DNA of 64,000 nucleotides from Candidatus Bathyarchaeota archaeon (GCA_016930055.1 JAFGHP010000083.1:15138-79137); one strand, 5' to 3'. Positions 25,555 through 35,929 are shown, numbered from the stretch's first letter. Notes: a model not told the origin generated them from the letters alone. Program-made: numbers and translations.

Positions 25555-26136
25555 TTGTCAAAGGCTGTTAGAGACAAGTGGCGCCGGAAGGAGTGGTATG
25601 ATATTATCCTTCCACATTATTTCGGTGAGACTAAAGTCGGTGAAACCCCAGCGGAAGAAGGGGTTAATATAAATGGAAGAATATTTGAAACCACTCTAGC
25701 TCAAATCACCGGAGATTTTAGCCAAGAACACATTAAAATGTATTTCCAAGTAACAGATGTTGAAGAGCATAAAGCGAATACAATTTTTAGAGGACATGAA
25801 TATCTTCGAGATTATTTAAGGAGCCTAGTTAGAAGACGCAGCACTAAAATAGATGGCATATTCAGAGTAACAACACAAGACGGTTACAAAGTGAAAATCA
25901 TAGTTACCACAATGACTCAAACAAGAATACAGACAAGTCAGGAATATAAAATTAGACTGATAATGAAAGAAATCGTTGAAGAAAAAGCGAAAAATCTTAC
26001 ATTTGATCAAATAGCACATGAAATGGTTTTAGGAAAATTAGCTAGTGATGTATATAATTTAGCTAAAAATGTCACTAGTCTTCGTCACGTTGGAGTAAGA
26101 AAGAGTGAATTAATATCCTTGCCTATATCATCTTAA
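25555..26136 (+). CDS. rps3ae: 30S ribosomal protein S3Ae (S1e)
   Basis: 193 aa with the S3Ae signature (KEWYDI.LP..FG...VGET...). It has a TTG start preceded by AAAGGAGAG. Confidence 0.9.
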   Translation: MSKAVRDKWRRKEWYDIILPHYFGETKVGETPAEEGVNINGRIFETTLAQITGDFSQEHIKMYFQVTDVEEHKANTIFRGHEYLRDYLRSLVRRRSTKIDGIFRVTTQDGYKVKIIVTTMTQTRIQTSQEYKIRLIMKEIVEEKAKNLTFDQIAHEMVLGKLASDVYNLAKNVTSLRHVGVRKSELISLPISS

Positions 26137-26179
26137 GTGTTTATATCTGTAAATAATTATATATTAGATAACGGGAAAG

Positions 26180-26776
26180 ATGGAAAAACGTTCTTTAGTA
26201 GCTAAAGAAGCTGCAAGATTACTTTACTATAATATAGTTAATGAGTATATTCAAGCTAAAGAACTTGCTATAAAAAATATTGGTGTAAAAACTATCCCGA
26301 GTAATTTTGAAGTAGCAGAAGAACTCGATAAAATAACTGATGAGATAGAAGGCACCAATAGACAAAAAAGATTAATCGAAATGCGTCTAAGCGCAAAAAA
26401 GATTATGACCGATTTGGTTCAATTTGAACCACGTTTAATAGGAAGTGTTTGGAGAGGAACCATTAATCAAGGAAGCGATATTGATATAGTTGTACTGGCT
26501 TCAAATTATAGAAGCATAGACGAAATTATTAAAAAATACGATTTAATAGAAAAAGGAGAGGTCACTTTTAAGGGGGGTATTAAAGCTTATCATTATAAGA
26601 TTAAAGTTGATGAATTTTTAACTGAGATAGTAATCCGTCGACCTGATGAGTATAATCCAGAAACATGCGATATTTATGGAGATAAAAAAACGGGCTTATC
26701 CATTGAAGAGTTAGAAAAACTTTTGAAGACAGACTCCCTACGCAGATTTATTCCAAAGAGGCGGATTAAAGGTTGA
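26180..26776 (+). CDS. nucleotidyltransferase-domain (Pol beta superfamily) protein
   Basis: The 198-aa ORF has a GS...GSDIDIVV minimal NTase motif in the middle, flanked by helical regions. Confidence 0.5.
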   Translation: MEKRSLVAKEAARLLYYNIVNEYIQAKELAIKNIGVKTIPSNFEVAEELDKITDEIEGTNRQKRLIEMRLSAKKIMTDLVQFEPRLIGSVWRGTINQGSDIDIVVLASNYRSIDEIIKKYDLIEKGEVTFKGGIKAYHYKIKVDEFLTEIVIRRPDEYNPETCDIYGDKKTGLSIEELEKLLKTDSLRRFIPKRRIKG

Positions 26777-28125
26777 AGATATCTTTTGGTTCATCGGGTA
26801 TTCGTGGATTAGCTAATATCGAAATTACACCAAATTTAGCACAGAGACTTGGATCTACTATAGCAACAATCAATGATGGCGGTTACACATTGGTTGGACG
26901 TGATGTACGTGTAACGGGACCAATGCTTGAATATGCTCTTATTTCTGGAATAAATTCATGTGGTGGAGATGTTGGATTAGTTAATGTACTTCCAACACCC
27001 ATAATTGCTTGGTTAACTAAAAAATTGGATGCAGACAACGGAATCGCAATAACTGCAAGCCATAATCCTTCTGAATATAATGGTTTTAAAATATTTAATA
27101 ATAAAGGCATGAGTCTAACTAAAAATGAGAGAAAAAAAGTACAAAATATTATAAATTCACATAAATTTAGATCATGTTCATGGGATGAAATAGGTAAAGT
27201 TGAAAATCTTGATGTTTCAGGAATGTATCTTGATAATTTATTAGATTCAATCGATATTGCTAGATCGTGGAAAGTTGCATGTGATTTATTTTATGGATCA
27301 ACTGCATCAGTTGCAAAAAAAATATTTGATTGTTTTAATTCGAAAACGGTTTTTTTGAATAGTAATCCTGATGGATATTTCCCTGCTGGAAAACCAGAAC
27401 CGTCTCAAGAAAATCTGTTAAGACTTGGTCAATTAGTCAAAAAAACAGAAGCAGATATTGGTTTTGGATTCGATGGTGATGGAGATAGAGTAATGGTTGT
27501 TGATGAAAAGGGTATACCTATCAATGGAGATAGATTATTAGCAGCATATGCTAATCATGTAATTGAAAAAAATGGTGGAGGCATTATTGTTACGCATATC
27601 GGTTCCTCAATGAGTATCGAAGATATGGTAGAGCCAATTAATGGTAAAGTAATTAGAGTGAAGGTCGGAGATTCTTTTATTTCGGAAGAGATGGTTACAA
27701 GTGGAGCTGTTTTTGGTGGTGAACCTATAGGAGCTTGGATTCTGCCAGAGATAAATATGTGCCCTGATGGTATACTTAGTGCATTAAAATTGATGGAAGC
27801 TCTTGAAGATAAAGATATAAAGATTTCAAAATTTATAGAGAAAATTCCCGAATATCCTAATCAGAGTTTAAGTATTCAAACAGAAAATAAAAGCAAATTA
27901 ATGCAGTATGTTTTAAAAAATTATGAAAAATTATTTAATAATATTATAAAAGTGAATACTATGGATGGGCTCCGTTTAGAATTCGATGAGGGGTGGGTGT
28001 TAATAAGAGCATCTGGAACTGAACCCTTAATTAGAATAACTATTGAATGCAGAAACAATAAAAATTTAGAAAACTTGATGAAAAAAAGTATTACTATAAT
28101 AAAAAATATTGAGGAGATAATATGA
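26773..28125 (+). CDS. glmM: phosphoglucosamine mutase / phosphohexomutase
   Basis: The 450-aa ORF has the active-site TASHNP serine loop, a GFDGDGDR metal-binding loop and a C-terminal GTEP sugar-phosphate loop. Confidence 0.85.
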   Translation: MKISFGSSGIRGLANIEITPNLAQRLGSTIATINDGGYTLVGRDVRVTGPMLEYALISGINSCGGDVGLVNVLPTPIIAWLTKKLDADNGIAITASHNPSEYNGFKIFNNKGMSLTKNERKKVQNIINSHKFRSCSWDEIGKVENLDVSGMYLDNLLDSIDIARSWKVACDLFYGSTASVAKKIFDCFNSKTVFLNSNPDGYFPAGKPEPSQENLLRLGQLVKKTEADIGFGFDGDGDRVMVVDEKGIPINGDRLLAAYANHVIEKNGGGIIVTHIGSSMSIEDMVEPINGKVIRVKVGDSFISEEMVTSGAVFGGEPIGAWILPEINMCPDGILSALKLMEALEDKDIKISKFIEKIPEYPNQSLSIQTENKSKLMQYVLKNYEKLFNNIIKVNTMDGLRLEFDEGWVLIRASGTEPLIRITIECRNNKNLENLMKKSITIIKNIEEII

Positions 28126-29372
28126 AAGCTGTAATTTTAGCAGCAGGAAAAGGAGAACGCTTAGATCCTCTAACTAAAAATCGCCCTAAACATCTTCTAC
28201 CAATTGCTGGACATCCTTTATTAGAATGGTTAATAAAAGGGATCTCTAATGCAGGAATTCAAGAAATATTAATTGTAACCCATTTCATGGAAGGTAAAAT
28301 AAAAGAATTTTTCGAAGATGGCACAAAATATAATTTAAAAATAAAATATGTTACACAAAAAGAGATGAAAGGTACTGCAGACGCTTTTAGTTATGCAGAA
28401 GATTTTGTAGGAAATGAAAAATTTCTTGGTATATATGGAGACCTTTTCTTGTCACATAACATTTTAAAACAGATAGTTATTAATCAAAAAGAAGAACCAA
28501 TAATATCTGGATTACAGAGAGACCCTTACAAATATGGAGCACTTAAGATTGAAGGAGATAGAGTAATAGAAATAGTTGAAAAACCAACTAAAGGAACAGC
28601 TCCAAGTAACATAACAAACGCAGGGATCTACATATTTCCTCCAGAAATATTCAAATATATTAAAAAAACACGACCAAGCCTTCGTGGGGAATATGAAATA
28701 ACTGATTCAATAAATGAAATGATTAAAGAGGGCATAAAAACCAGATTATATATGCTCTCTAAAGAGGAGTGGCTTGATGTTGGGTATCCATGGTCTTTAT
28801 TAGAAGCAAATTCCAGAGCATTATCAAGTATGGTAACAAAAATCGAAGGGACCGTCGATGAAGGAGTTAAAATTCAGGGAGTAGTACAAATTTCAAAAAC
28901 AGCCCATATTAAAAGTGGTGTATATATTGAAGGCCCTGTATATGTTGGTGAAAACTCAGAGATTGGTCCAAACAGCTATGTACGTCCTGGAACTACTCTA
29001 AACAAAAATGTGAAAATCGGTGCTAATTGCGAAGTAAAGAATAGCATCATTCTTGATGGAACACATATACCTCATTTGAGTTATGTTGGTGATTCTATAA
29101 TTGGTGAAAGATGCAACCTAGGAGCAGGAACAATAATAGCAAATTTAAGATTCGACAAAAAAAATATTAAAATGACTATAAAAGATGAGAGAATTGATAC
29201 AGGGTTTAGGAAACTTGGCGCTATTATAGGGGATGATGTTCAGACTGGTATAAATGTAAGTATTTACCCTGGTGTAAAAATTGGTAATAATGTCTGGATT
29301 GAACCAGGAGTTAAAGTTTCAAAAGATATTAATGAGGGTATTTTATCAAATATCGATAAAAATAAGAACTAA
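28122..29372 (+). CDS. bifunctional sugar-1-phosphate nucleotidylyltransferase / acetyltransferase (GlmU-like)
   Basis: The 416-aa ORF has an N-terminal LAAGKGERL NTP-transferase motif and a C-terminal left-handed beta-helix with hexapeptide repeats. It is translationally coupled to glmM. Confidence 0.8.
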   Translation: MKAVILAAGKGERLDPLTKNRPKHLLPIAGHPLLEWLIKGISNAGIQEILIVTHFMEGKIKEFFEDGTKYNLKIKYVTQKEMKGTADAFSYAEDFVGNEKFLGIYGDLFLSHNILKQIVINQKEEPIISGLQRDPYKYGALKIEGDRVIEIVEKPTKGTAPSNITNAGIYIFPPEIFKYIKKTRPSLRGEYEITDSINEMIKEGIKTRLYMLSKEEWLDVGYPWSLLEANSRALSSMVTKIEGTVDEGVKIQGVVQISKTAHIKSGVYIEGPVYVGENSEIGPNSYVRPGTTLNKNVKIGANCEVKNSIILDGTHIPHLSYVGDSIIGERCNLGAGTIIANLRFDKKNIKMTIKDERIDTGFRKLGAIIGDDVQTGINVSIYPGVKIGNNVWIEPGVKVSKDINEGILSNIDKNKN

Positions 29373-29402
29373 AAAACCAAAAAATAAATAAATGGGTGTG
29401 AG

Positions 29403-29795
29403 GTGAACGAAATACCCATAATGAACAAGAAGGACTTCAAAAAACTCTTTCCAAACCTTTCTGATGAGATGGAGACAGGAAAGTCCCTAGCAGATATAGA
29501 ATTTGAATCAGATCCTCCAAAAAAAGAGAGAAGATATCAAAGTTATAATCCAGAAGCAGTGGATTTCCTCCGCCGTTGTAAAACTATTGAACAAGCAGAA
29601 GAGATAATAGCATATCTTGAAAAAAGAAAGGAAATTCAAAAACAAGAAGCCACTGCTCTTAGAAAACAATTAAAAGAAAAAGGATTAAAAAGTTTCGGAG
29701 CACCAAAAAGACTTGGTTTTTATGAAATTGACGAGAAAGAAGTAGATGATGAAGACGAAGACGATTTTGATGATTTTATCGATGAGGATGAATAA
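29403..29795 (+). CDS. hypothetical protein with acidic C-terminal tail
   Basis: The 130-aa ORF has a C-terminal DDEDEDDFDDFIDEDE tail. Confidence 0.4.
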   Translation: MNEIPIMNKKDFKKLFPNLSDEMETGKSLADIEFESDPPKKERRYQSYNPEAVDFLRRCKTIEQAEEIIAYLEKRKEIQKQEATALRKQLKEKGLKSFGAPKRLGFYEIDEKEVDDEDEDDFDDFIDEDE

Positions 29796-29857
29796 ATTTT
29801 ATGCATAATTAACCAAAAAGGTTTACATAAGTAAAATAGGGTTTATTCAATATAGAC

Positions 29858-31069
29858 TTGGCACCCATTGTTGGTTTAGTAGGAAAAGCAAACGTTGGTA
29901 AAAGTACTTTTTTTGCTGCTACCACTTTAAAACCAGTAGATATAGCAAATTTTCCTTTTACAACCATAAAAGCAAATAGAGGAATAGCTTATTTTAGAAG
30001 CAAATGTGTATGTACTGAATTTAAGGTAAAAGATAATCCAAATAATAGTGCTTGTATTGATGGGGTCAGATTATTACCTGTAGACTTGATTGATACTCCG
30101 GGGCTTATTCGTGGAGCTCATGAAGGAAAAGGGCTTGGAAACCAATTTTTAGATGAGGTTCGTCGTGCAGATGCGTTAATTGTTGTATGCGATGCAGCAG
30201 GGTCAACAGATGTGGGAGGACAACCTGTTACACCTGGAAGTAACGATCCTTTAGATGACATTAGATTATTTGAAGAAGAATTTGATCTATGGCTTTTAAA
30301 TATAATTTCTAAAGATTTTGAAAAGTTTTCAAGAACAGCAGAGATGAAAAGAGAAGAAATATGGAAATATATTGACGAGAAATTAAGTGGATTAGGGATT
30401 ACGCGTAACCATATAATTAATGCATGTGAAAAATGTAAATTAAATCCATTCAAAGCCACAGGTTGGAGTCGAGAAGACCTTAAAAGGTTTGCAGTTGAAC
30501 TTAGGAAAAGTTCTAAGCCTTTAATTATTGCAGCGAATAAAGCAGATAAAGAATTTGCACAAGAAAATATTGAAAGAATCAAAGCTGAAGGATATATAGT
30601 AATACCAACCTGTGCTGAAGCAGAATTAGCTCTTAGAAGAGCAGCGGATGCTGGTTTAATTAAATATACTCCAGGAGACAAGGATTTTAACATACTTCAA
30701 CCAGATAAGCTTAACCAAAATCAACTTAGAGCCTTGGAAAGTATTAGAGAAAAAGTATTCAGAAAATATGGTAACACAGGGGTACAAGATGCTGTTAATG
30801 AAGCTTTTAGTAAATTACTAGATATGATTGTCGTATATCCCGTTGAAGATGCAGATAAGTTAACAGATAGTAAAGGACGAATACTACCAGATTGTTATCT
30901 TGTACCAAATGGTATAACTGCTCGACAATTCGCGGGAGTAATTCATAGTGATCTTGCGGATAGTTTCATCTATGCAATCGACGCTCGTACAAAAAAACGT
31001 CTTGGTGAAGGGCAAACCCTAAAAAATAGAGACGTCATCCAAATAGTCGCTGCAAAAGCAAGGAAATAG
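29858..31069 (+). CDS. Obg-like GTPase/ATPase (YchF/DRG-like family)
   Basis: The 403-aa ORF has a G1 motif GKANVGKSTFF, a G2 FPFTT and a G3 DTPGL. It has a TTG start. Confidence 0.7.
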   Translation: MAPIVGLVGKANVGKSTFFAATTLKPVDIANFPFTTIKANRGIAYFRSKCVCTEFKVKDNPNNSACIDGVRLLPVDLIDTPGLIRGAHEGKGLGNQFLDEVRRADALIVVCDAAGSTDVGGQPVTPGSNDPLDDIRLFEEEFDLWLLNIISKDFEKFSRTAEMKREEIWKYIDEKLSGLGITRNHIINACEKCKLNPFKATGWSREDLKRFAVELRKSSKPLIIAANKADKEFAQENIERIKAEGYIVIPTCAEAELALRRAADAGLIKYTPGDKDFNILQPDKLNQNQLRALESIREKVFRKYGNTGVQDAVNEAFSKLLDMIVVYPVEDADKLTDSKGRILPDCYLVPNGITARQFAGVIHSDLADSFIYAIDARTKKRLGEGQTLKNRDVIQIVAAKARK

Positions 31070-31078
31070 ATAGGAACA

Positions 31079-32002
31079 ATGAAAGACAAGAAGATTTTGA
31101 TTTGTGATTCTATAGATGAATTAGGAGTAGAAATTCTTCGAAAATCAGAATATCATGTTGATGTTGAACCAAACATAACTTCAACAGATTTATTAAAAAA
31201 AGTAGCTGGTTATGAAGCTCTTATAGTACGGAGTCGTACAAAAATAACTAAAGAAATTTTACATGCTGGAAAAAAATTGGTAGTTGTAGCAAGAAGTGGG
31301 GTGGGTCTTGATAACATAGATGTTGAAGAAGCAAAAAAACTCAATATACAAGTGGTTAATTCAGCAGAAGCCCCAAGTAATTCTGTTGCAGAATTGGTAA
31401 TTGGATATATTTTATCATTAGCAAGAAACATTCCAAAAGCTGATTCTTCAATGAAAAATGGTTTATGGATTAAAAATAAGCTTACTGGATTTGAAATAAA
31501 AGGAAAAACAATTGGAATAGTCGGTTTTGGTAGAATTGGTTATTTGGTAGGAAAAAAAGCTAGAGCTTTAGGTATGAGAGTTCTTGCTTATGATGTAGTA
31601 CTAGAGAAGATAATTCACTTAACTAAAGAAATAGATGTTGAAGCATCAAATTTCGAAAAAATCCTTGAAGAATCGGATTTTATTTCAATTCATGTACCGC
31701 TTTTACCATCAACGACTTATATGTTTAATTCTTTGACTCTAGGCAAAATGAAGAAAGGAAGCTATATAATTAATGCTGCACGAGGAAAAATAATTGAAGA
31801 AAAAGCACTATTAGAAGCTATTAAATCGGGTCATATTGCAGGTGCAGCGTTGGATGTTTATGAAGAAGAACCTACTCAAAACATGGAATTAATTAAATTA
31901 GATAATGTAATTTGTACCCCACATATTGGAGCAGAATCAAAAGAAGCGCAACTGAGCAATAGTACCATAATTGCTGATAAAATAAAAAATATATTAGGTT
32001 AA
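31079..32002 (+). CDS. D-isomer-specific 2-hydroxyacid dehydrogenase (SerA-like, no ACT domain)
   Basis: The 307-aa ORF has an NAD-binding GIVGFGRIGYLVG motif, the catalytic R/E/H arrangement and a C-terminal PHIGA. Confidence 0.75.
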   Translation: MKDKKILICDSIDELGVEILRKSEYHVDVEPNITSTDLLKKVAGYEALIVRSRTKITKEILHAGKKLVVVARSGVGLDNIDVEEAKKLNIQVVNSAEAPSNSVAELVIGYILSLARNIPKADSSMKNGLWIKNKLTGFEIKGKTIGIVGFGRIGYLVGKKARALGMRVLAYDVVLEKIIHLTKEIDVEASNFEKILEESDFISIHVPLLPSTTYMFNSLTLGKMKKGSYIINAARGKIIEEKALLEAIKSGHIAGAALDVYEEEPTQNMELIKLDNVICTPHIGAESKEAQLSNSTIIADKIKNILG

Positions 32003-32796
32003 TCAATCATTTTATTTCTATTATCATTCATATCTTCATAAAAATCGTTAATATTATCAAATAAATAATATTGAACTAAAAATTTGAGATATTTTAATAC
32101 ATAACCAGTTTTAGTCCATTGTCTAATTCTTCTAGGAGAAGTATACATACTGGCTTTATTACATACTGAAAACTTACCTAATCTACTTAATCTTAAACTT
32201 AGATCCATATCTTCACAACTTAATAAATCATCTCTGAATCCATTTACCTTTAAAACATAATCTCTCATATAACAATGGCAACTAAAATAACTAAGTTGAT
32301 AAATACGTAATTTATTAGCGATCCATGCTAAAATATTATTAAATTCATACATAACTCGCTCTAACTTATTCCCCATGTAGGGTTGGATTTTAAGACAAAC
32401 ACCAATAATATTCTTTTTACAGAATTCTTCTTCTAAGACTTCTAGGGTATTTGGATCAATGCAAATATCTGCATCAACAAAAAAAACATATTTCCCTTTA
32501 CTTCTTTTAACACCTTCATTTCTTGCTCCACTGACATCATGTGGTCTATTTTTAGGTACAGAAATTAATTCAAAACCATTTTTTTTCACAATCTCTAGAG
32601 TACGATCCTTACTTCCTCCATCCATTATTAAAACTTCATAATTTTTATGCGTCTGATTAACAATAGATTTTAAGCATAGATCAATATTTTTTTCTTCATT
32701 AAGTGTCGGTATTATTATACTAAATAATATTTCATCTGTGCTTTTTTTGTTTTCTTCATCTGTTTTAGCACAGAGGTATGACAGCTTAGTGTTCAC
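31999..32796 (-). CDS. family 2 glycosyltransferase
   Basis: The 265-aa ORF has the GT2 fold FSIIIPTLNEEKNI...DGGSKD...FVDAD (DXD). Confidence 0.8.
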   Translation of the reverse strand: MNTKLSYLCAKTDEENKKSTDEILFSIIIPTLNEEKNIDLCLKSIVNQTHKNYEVLIMDGGSKDRTLEIVKKNGFELISVPKNRPHDVSGARNEGVKRSKGKYVFFVDADICIDPNTLEVLEEEFCKKNIIGVCLKIQPYMGNKLERVMYEFNNILAWIANKLRIYQLSYFSCHCYMRDYVLKVNGFRDDLLSCEDMDLSLRLSRLGKFSVCNKASMYTSPRRIRQWTKTGYVLKYLKFLVQYYLFDNINDFYEDMNDNRNKMID

Positions 32797-32850
32797 CTTT
32801 CATATGATTATTAAAACATCTATAACAAAACTTTAATGTTATTAAAAAAT

Positions 32851-33303
32851 TTATTTTCTTCTTGCCCAGTCTATTTCCTTATCAGCAATAATATGAGGAT
32901 TATTTGGGTCAACAAGAATTATTTCGTACCATTTATTTACTCCATCTTGCCAAACCCAATAGCTGTTTAGTAATTTTAGGTTGGGATATTTTCTTAAAGC
33001 ACGCTGTTCAGCTATTTTTTGTAAGCTTTGTGTTGTAGTATATTTTGTTACACCCATACGTTTTTGCCTATGCCCTAAAATTGGACGACTTTTTCTAGAG
33101 CCGCCTCTACGTATACGTACTCTTAAAATTACAAATCCAGTTTTAGCTTTGTACCCCAGCCTATGCGCCCTATCTAGTCTGGTTGGTTTGTCTACTCTTG
33201 TTATTGTTGGTTGTTTGCGCCAAATGACTACCCTTTGTCGCATTAGGTCTTTAACATAACTTTTATCTGGGCGCTTCCATGCTTGTTTAAGATATCGATA
33301 CAT
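32851..33303 (-). CDS. rpl15e: 50S ribosomal protein L15e
   Basis: 150-aa ORF with the L15e signature (YRYLKQAWKRP...). Confidence 0.9.
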   Translation of the reverse strand: MYRYLKQAWKRPDKSYVKDLMRQRVVIWRKQPTITRVDKPTRLDRAHRLGYKAKTGFVILRVRIRRGGSRKSRPILGHRQKRMGVTKYTTTQSLQKIAEQRALRKYPNLKLLNSYWVWQDGVNKWYEIILVDPNNPHIIADKEIDWARRK

Positions 33304-33367
33304 TAGATATAGCTCCTATGCAGAGCTAAAAATGAAGAGTTGTTGCTAATAAAGGTATAGGGATAGT

Positions 33368-35431
33368 TTATCGAAATAAAGCATAAATTAAGAATAGTGG
33401 TAAGAATATATTAGCAACTAGACCAATAACTGTAACCATAGTATTAAGACTTGGTCCTGCAGTGTCCTTAAAGGGATCACCAACAGTGTCCGCAATCACG
33501 GCAGCTTTGTGAGCTTCGCTATGTTTACCTCCATGATGACCTTCTTCAATATACTTTTTAGCATTGTCCCATAATCCTCCCGCATTACTCATTAATAAAG
33601 CGAAAAGTAATCCGCTGAAAATATTTCCTGCTAGATAGCCACCGAGCCCGTATACCCCAAAAATTAATCCAACCATTATTGTGACGGTTATGATAATTAT
33701 TGTTGCAGGCATCAATTCGTGTAGTGCACCAATTGTAGCAATATCAACACATTTAGCATAATCTGGAACAACACCTTCTTTTCCTTCACGTAAACCAGGA
33801 ATCTCTTTAAATTGTCGTCTAACCTCCTCAATCATACGTTGAGCATTTTTACCTACACCTAACATAAGGATTGCAGAAAAAATAGGTGGAAGAGCAATAC
33901 CAATTAACACTCCTACCATCACTATTGGATTCATTAAATCGAAAGTAATTATTTGATTTAATTGCACTTCAGCAACTTCTTTATATGCAGCTAAAATACT
34001 CAAGACAGTTAAACCTGCTGCACCAATGGCGAAGCCTTTTGTTATGGCTTTGGTTGTATTGCCAGCAGCATCTAGCTTATCTAAAATATTTATCGTTTCT
34101 TCAGTAAAACCACTCATTTCTGCAATGCCTTTAGCATTATCTCCAATAGGTCCAAAACTATCTCCTGCAATAATCATAGCCACTACACTAAGCATACCAA
34201 AAGCAGATATTCCTATACCATATACTCCATATCCAGGACCTATTGCTTCGCATAGTGTGTAAGAAATCCAGCTTCCTAATCCAATACCAACAAGTGGAGG
34301 AAAAACACTAATTAAACCATAACTAAATCCAGTAATTATAGTAACAGCTGGACCTGTAAGACTACTAGATGCTGTAAGTTGAGTTGGTGGTTTATTGGTG
34401 CTAGTGAAATATTCAGTAGTCATACCAATTATTACTCCAACAATTAATCCAACTGTACTTGCCCCCCAAAGCCTCCAATTATATCCTTGAAGATAAGTTA
34501 CAATTGAAGTCAGTATCAGATATAGAATACAAGTCACATATGTACCATTATTTAGGACTGCACCAGGATCTTGACCTTCTTTAACATTAACTAAGAAAAT
34601 TCCAATTAAAGCACTAGTTATACCTATGCCTGCAAAAATTAAGGGGAGTTCTACTAGATAACCACCTAGAATTACTCCTAAAAGCATTACAGCCATTAAA
34701 CTTGCTACGTAACTATCAAAAAGATCAGCACCCATTCCCGCACAGTCACCAACATTATCTCCAACATTATCAGCAATTACAGCAGGGTTTCTAGGATCAT
34801 CTTCTGGTAAGTCCATCTCAATTTTTCCTACAAGATCAGCTGCAATGTCAGCGGTTTTTGTATATATACCACCTCCAGCTTTAGCAAAAAGAGCCATTGC
34901 GGATGCACCGAAACTAAAGCCAACTATAATATTAGGATCTCCAGTGAAGAAATATATTGCACTTACACCTAACAGAGCAAGACCAACAACAGCTAATCCT
35001 GTAACAGCACCACCTCGAAAGGCTATTAAAAAGGCACGAGTAATACCTTTTTGTGCAGAGTGAGCGCTCCTCATATTACTATCGGTAGCTACATCCATTC
35101 CTAAATATCCGGCAAGACCAGAACAAAGTGAACCAAATAAATATGCGACCACTAAAAGGATATTATCTATTGGTGTAGTAGTTGACCAAATCGGGTGTGG
35201 TAAGAAAATTAATAGAATAATAGACATGACAACAACAAACATACCTAACATTTTATACATTCGTTTGAGGAATGCTTGAGAACCATCTTTGATCGCTTTT
35301 CCAATGAAACGGGTTCTTTCGTTTCCAGGATCTTGACCTTTAACCCACCGGAGAATATAAAGTCCGGTTAAAATTGATATGAGTGCCGAAATTGGCGCTA
35401 TTAGCCAAGCGTTATCTATTGCTATTTTAAT
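33368..35431 (-). CDS. hppA: membrane-bound proton/sodium-translocating pyrophosphatase
   Basis: The ORF has the canonical IADNVGDNVGDCAGMGADLFDSY motif and many TM helices. The ORF-track start (ATG 35260) lies inside the conserved ..AFLKRMYK.. motif. The first TM helix (IAIDNAWLIAPISALISILTGLYILRWV) is encoded in-frame upstream (35261-35452) with no ATG/GTG/TTG. GGAGGT lies 8 nt before ATA (35423-35425), so the exact 5' end is uncertain. Confidence 0.8.
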   Translation of the reverse strand: MKIAIDNAWLIAPISALISILTGLYILRWVKGQDPGNERTRFIGKAIKDGSQAFLKRMYKMLGMFVVVMSIILLIFLPHPIWSTTTPIDNILLVVAYLFGSLCSGLAGYLGMDVATDSNMRSAHSAQKGITRAFLIAFRGGAVTGLAVVGLALLGVSAIYFFTGDPNIIVGFSFGASAMALFAKAGGGIYTKTADIAADLVGKIEMDLPEDDPRNPAVIADNVGDNVGDCAGMGADLFDSYVASLMAVMLLGVILGGYLVELPLIFAGIGITSALIGIFLVNVKEGQDPGAVLNNGTYVTCILYLILTSIVTYLQGYNWRLWGASTVGLIVGVIIGMTTEYFTSTNKPPTQLTASSSLTGPAVTIITGFSYGLISVFPPLVGIGLGSWISYTLCEAIGPGYGVYGIGISAFGMLSVVAMIIAGDSFGPIGDNAKGIAEMSGFTEETINILDKLDAAGNTTKAITKGFAIGAAGLTVLSILAAYKEVAEVQLNQIITFDLMNPIVMVGVLIGIALPPIFSAILMLGVGKNAQRMIEEVRRQFKEIPGLREGKEGVVPDYAKCVDIATIGALHELMPATIIIITVTIMVGLIFGVYGLGGYLAGNIFSGLLFALLMSNAGGLWDNAKKYIEEGHHGGKHSEAHKAAVIADTVGDPFKDTAGPSLNTMVTVIGLVANIFLPLFLIYALFR

Positions 35432-35509
35432 TACCTCCTTTGGACCTTGAAATTACTCTTTGTGAATACCAGTAAAGAATATAAAAAGATAGATACAAAA
35501 AAGCCTATT

Positions 35510-35929
35510 TTAATTAATAATATAGCCATCTAAGGCTAAATGATTTTTTTGTCTAAGATAAATTACGGGTATACCTTCATTTCTTAGTCGTTGTCTTAAT
35601 TCGTTATCGGTTGTCGCAACGATATATGAATTTTCTTTGGCTAATCTTAGTAACTTTGAATCAACATCTTCATCATTATTACTGTTATCATCATCAATTA
35701 TTTTATATTTAGAAAGATTTGACAAAACAAAACTGATTTCTTTTTTAAAAGAAGGCTGACCTCCTTTTTTGAGACTATCCAATTCTTTTAAAACTGATTT
35801 TGTTATGGTTGGTTCATAAGCAATATCTAATAACATATCAAGTTGATCAAAAACATCTATACCAAATCTTATAGGCAATAATAAAAAATTTGTATCAAAA
35901 ATAATAATTAATGGGGCTTTGTGCATCAA
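35510..35929 (-). CDS. PIN-domain protein
   Basis: The 139-aa ORF has an N-terminal IIFDTNFLL PIN motif and conserved acidic residues. It occupies the position downstream of aIF2-gamma that is conserved in archaea. Confidence 0.65.
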   Translation of the reverse strand: MMHKAPLIIIFDTNFLLLPIRFGIDVFDQLDMLLDIAYEPTITKSVLKELDSLKKGGQPSFKKEISFVLSNLSKYKIIDDDNSNNDEDVDSKLLRLAKENSYIVATTDNELRQRLRNEGIPVIYLRQKNHLALDGYIIN

